64,000 bases of DNA from Geosiphon pyriformis uo1 (taxonomy: Eukaryota; Fungi; Glomeromycota), in the NCBI GenBank assembly GCA_016748015.1, contig JAAOMT010000135.1, forward strand, positions 434,001-498,000, written 5' to 3'. Positions 60,900-64,000 of the stretch are shown here, piece after piece. A program made the translations under genes and the position numbers. Each line of letters starts with the position of its first letter. Position 1 is the stretch's first letter. The notes beneath the pieces were generated by a model, which was given only the letters and a program-made list of their open reading frames with translations, was not told the origin of the DNA and did no database searches.

Positions 60900-63800
60900 T
60901 TTTTTAAAAACTTAAAAGTATTTAACAACAGACTAGTTAACAAGTTGGTTTTTTTACTATTATTATTAACACTATTAGAACTATTTTATAAATAGCCAAA
61001 AAAACCAAAAGATTAAAAAAACAGCAGTAATTGTTTGTATTTGCTATTGTTATATCAAATTTTTTTGTAGTTCTAAATAAGATCTTAAATAAGATTTTTA
61101 TAACAATAACTAGCTTTTTTTCTAATGTAAATAACAATAATAATAACATGTTTTCCATAATAAACCAAGATTAACTATTGGCTGTATTGTTAAATATAGT
61201 GTTTTTTAGCAAATTATTGTCAATTTTAGAAGCAAAACAACTTATTAAGTTATTTGATTAAATAAGAACTGAATTAATTTTTGTTTTTTTGTTTTTTAAT
61301 GTTATCTTTGGTAGTATTTAAGAAATAATTTTCAGTTATCAAAAGTTTTTTGAATAAGTGGCCTCTATTTTAATGTTTAATACTACTTTTAAAGTCAAAT
61401 TATCTTTGATTAATTTTTTGTTTTATCTACTGCCTGGTTTTATTAAATTTAAGTTAGTTTTTAAAGACAATAGTAAATTGTTTTGTATAAAGTTTGCTTT
61501 TAAGGCTTTTTTGGTTGCTGTTATTATTATCAGCTGAAATTTAAAATATTATTTAGCATAAAATTATTTTTATAATTTCTATTTTTAATTAGCATATATT
61601 ATTGTTTTAAATTATTACTTATTATTTTATTAAATTATTCAAATTATTGTTTAATTAATAACTCAATTTGTACAAAACACAAATATAACAAAATTGTAAT
61701 AATTAGATTATATAATATATTAAACTATGTAACAGTCAAAATTTACCGAAATATTTAGTAATTTAATAAAATATTTAATAGTTTATTAAAATAATTTATA
61801 GTTTATAAAAATAATTTGTAGTAGAATAAAATATATTTTTAGTTTGCCAAAAAATTAGAAAAAAAAAGTGCAGAATTATAAAATAGTATTACAACAAGTT
61901 GTATAAAAAAAAAGCTTCTTTTTTTGAAAAAATATATTTCTCAATTTTATTTTATTTAAAATAAATATTAATTAACAGCTTTTTTATAAATCTTAATAAA
62001 ATTTACTTCAAAAAACATAAAAATTTTTAATTATTTTTGTTCAAAATTAATTATTTTATATTAACAATTAAAATTAATTAGCTACTAATTTCTATAATTA
62101 TTAGTGACTTCTAGGTTTAGATTCAAAATAACTTTCTTAATATACTTTTTATTTCTTTTTTTAGTTTATTTTTTTTAATTTTTTTAATTTTTTTTGATAT
62201 TATTAGGTAGTTTATAGTCGAAATTTTTTGTAAAAAAGTTAACTTTTATAGCAAAGTAACTACACATATTTTTAAAAAGCTTACAGACAAAATTTTTCTG
62301 TAAAAAAGTTAATTTTTACTGCAAAATAATTATATAAATAATTGAAATAAAATTGGCTATTTTATTATAAGTTCAACTGCATATATAATTCAAAATATAA
62401 AAAAATACTTGAAAGAAAAATTAACTTATTAGAAGTTTACCAACTTTCATTAAACAGCAAAATTAACAACAAAATAGTATTAACAATATTAAAAAAAAAG
62501 TAAAAAATTTTTTAATAATACTATTAAAGTTTTTCTTGGTGGTTTTTTTTTAATCACACTTAAAATTATAAAATCGTTTGTAATGGCTTTTGGTTTTCTT
62601 TTTTTTATTTTTATTGTATTCTGTGATGTTTTTTTTAATATATTTTTTAATAATATAAAGAATATTTTTAATATTTTTGGTATTATTACTTTTGTTAAAT
62701 TAAAGTTTGCTGGTTTGTAACAATATACTGTTGTCAATTTTAAGACCTTTTTTTTTGCTATTGCTTTTAGTAACTAGTTTGTACTAGTAAAAAAAAACAG
62801 TGTTTAAATTTTTTTTTTTCTTAATTAAAAAAAAATTATTACTTTTTAAGATTTTTTCAAGACCAAATTGATCAATTTTTTTTCAGCTGTATTGTTTTTG
62901 AAATCAATAATATAATTTTTTAAATTGGTGATCATACTTGTTTTATTTTTTATTTTTTAGATTTTTAATATTATTAATACTTTGCTGTTATTACTTTTGA
63001 ATTTAAAGAAATTTTAGAACTTATTATGTTAAAAATTAGTACTTTGTGTAAATATTTTATTTGGTAGAAAATTTTTAAGTGTCATTATTACTATAAGTAT
63101 TAAAATTTAAATTATTTGTTTATTAATTGTAAAATGTTATCGTTTTTGTTTTTTAAACTGTTTTTTAAATTAGAAATTAGTTCTAAATTTTTTGTGTTAT
63201 TTTTCGTTAATAGCAAGTTTTATGTTATAATTTCTGCCTTTTTGGCTTTTTTATCTGTTGTTTTTTTGGTTGTTTTTGCTGTTAATCTTGTAATTAAGTT
63301 TAGATTAAATTTTTTAGAAGCTTAAATTTTAAGCTTGGCTATTTTGCTAAAATTTATTGTTAAGTTTATTAATTTTTTAGTTATTTTGGTTATTAGTTTT
63401 CTAAATAATAATGTTGTTAAAACTTTTCTAGTTAAAAAAAATTTGCTATTTATAAAATGTATTACTAATAATTTTTTTAATCTTTTGGTTAGTGTTTTTA
63501 AGAATATTGCTGATCTTAGATCTGAAGTTGATTTTAATAATATAAATTATAATAAAATGCTGATTGCTAAACTTTTTTTTTTGAGCAAGAATACTATTAA
63601 GCATATTATAGATTTATGACATATGTTAAATCTTAATATAAGATATAGTATTAAATCTATTAGATTATTTTTTAGTAAATTCATCTTTAATTCTAAAAAC
63701 TTAAATAGTATCATTAAAAAAATTAATGAACTGATTTATTTTTAGTTTCTTTTGTTTTAATATAGTGTTGTTTTAACTGACTTGAGTAGCTGGTTATGTA
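60900..63800 (+). mobile_element. Very degenerate probable LINE ORF1 remnant (third copy or family)
   Basis: Remnants QYTVVNFKT (~62720) and FKTKLINF..CIVFEINNII..IGDHTCFI (~62855-62945) resemble the ORF1 of the other LINEs; boundaries are uncertain. Confidence 0.45.
61525..62520 (+). mobile_element. Old solo LTR, family A (~996 bp), TSD TTAT/CTAT
   Basis: Collinear with the A LTR (ATATTATTTAGCATAAAATT, ACAAGTTGTATAAAA, GCAAAGTAACTACACA), with most C/G converted to T/A. Confidence 0.85.
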
Positions 63801-64000
63801 TAAAAAGTACATGATTCATACTTAGTTTAAATTATATATTGTATTAGATAGTGTTTGAGTCTTATTTATTAAACGTAATAAAAAAAAATTCATATTAATT
63901 ATAAATTAAGTTTTTTACTTTAATCTGTTTTTAAATTTATTTTGTATTTGTTTTGTTAAATTATAATAATATCTGTTGTTATAAATAAAATTTTTAAATG

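Noticed and set aside
60300-60900. Extremely AT-rich tract as a centromere or origin element
   Set aside because: No defined motif or periodicity; compatible with end-stage C>T decay.
60937-63619. Short hydrophobic F/L/I/K-rich ORFs as membrane proteins
   Set aside because: Their composition is an artefact of AT-biased decay of repeat sequence.

Overview
This is AT-rich eukaryotic repeat DNA. It is probably fungal, and the protein style suggests Glomeromycotina, but that is inference. No host gene, RNA gene or CRISPR array is visible. The window is a nest of decayed Ty3/Gypsy LTR retrotransposons from three related families (here A, B, C) inserted into each other and into degenerate LINEs. 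Boundaries were resolved from TG...CA LTR ends, primer-binding sites (PBS), polypurine tracts (PPT) and 4-bp target-site duplications (TSDs). Full-length copies are A1 (5879-15741 +), A2 (24040-33928 -) and B3 (47036-57050 -). B1, B2, A3 and C are partial or interrupted, and there are three solo LTRs and three LINE remnants. Comparing copies shows an unusual, retrovirus-like layout shared by families A and B: (i) one long ORF with a Met-poor N-terminal domain that probably starts at GUG, then Gag, protease, a Cys-rich unknown domain, dUTPase, RT and RNase H, ending in a conserved stop; (ii) integrase as a separate ORF with its own ATG, ending in a PxVxI-like motif instead of a chromodomain; (iii) a ~215-240-aa non-membrane ORF3 in the env position, also present in family C and intact in A1. 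Decay is dominated by C>T/G>A transitions.
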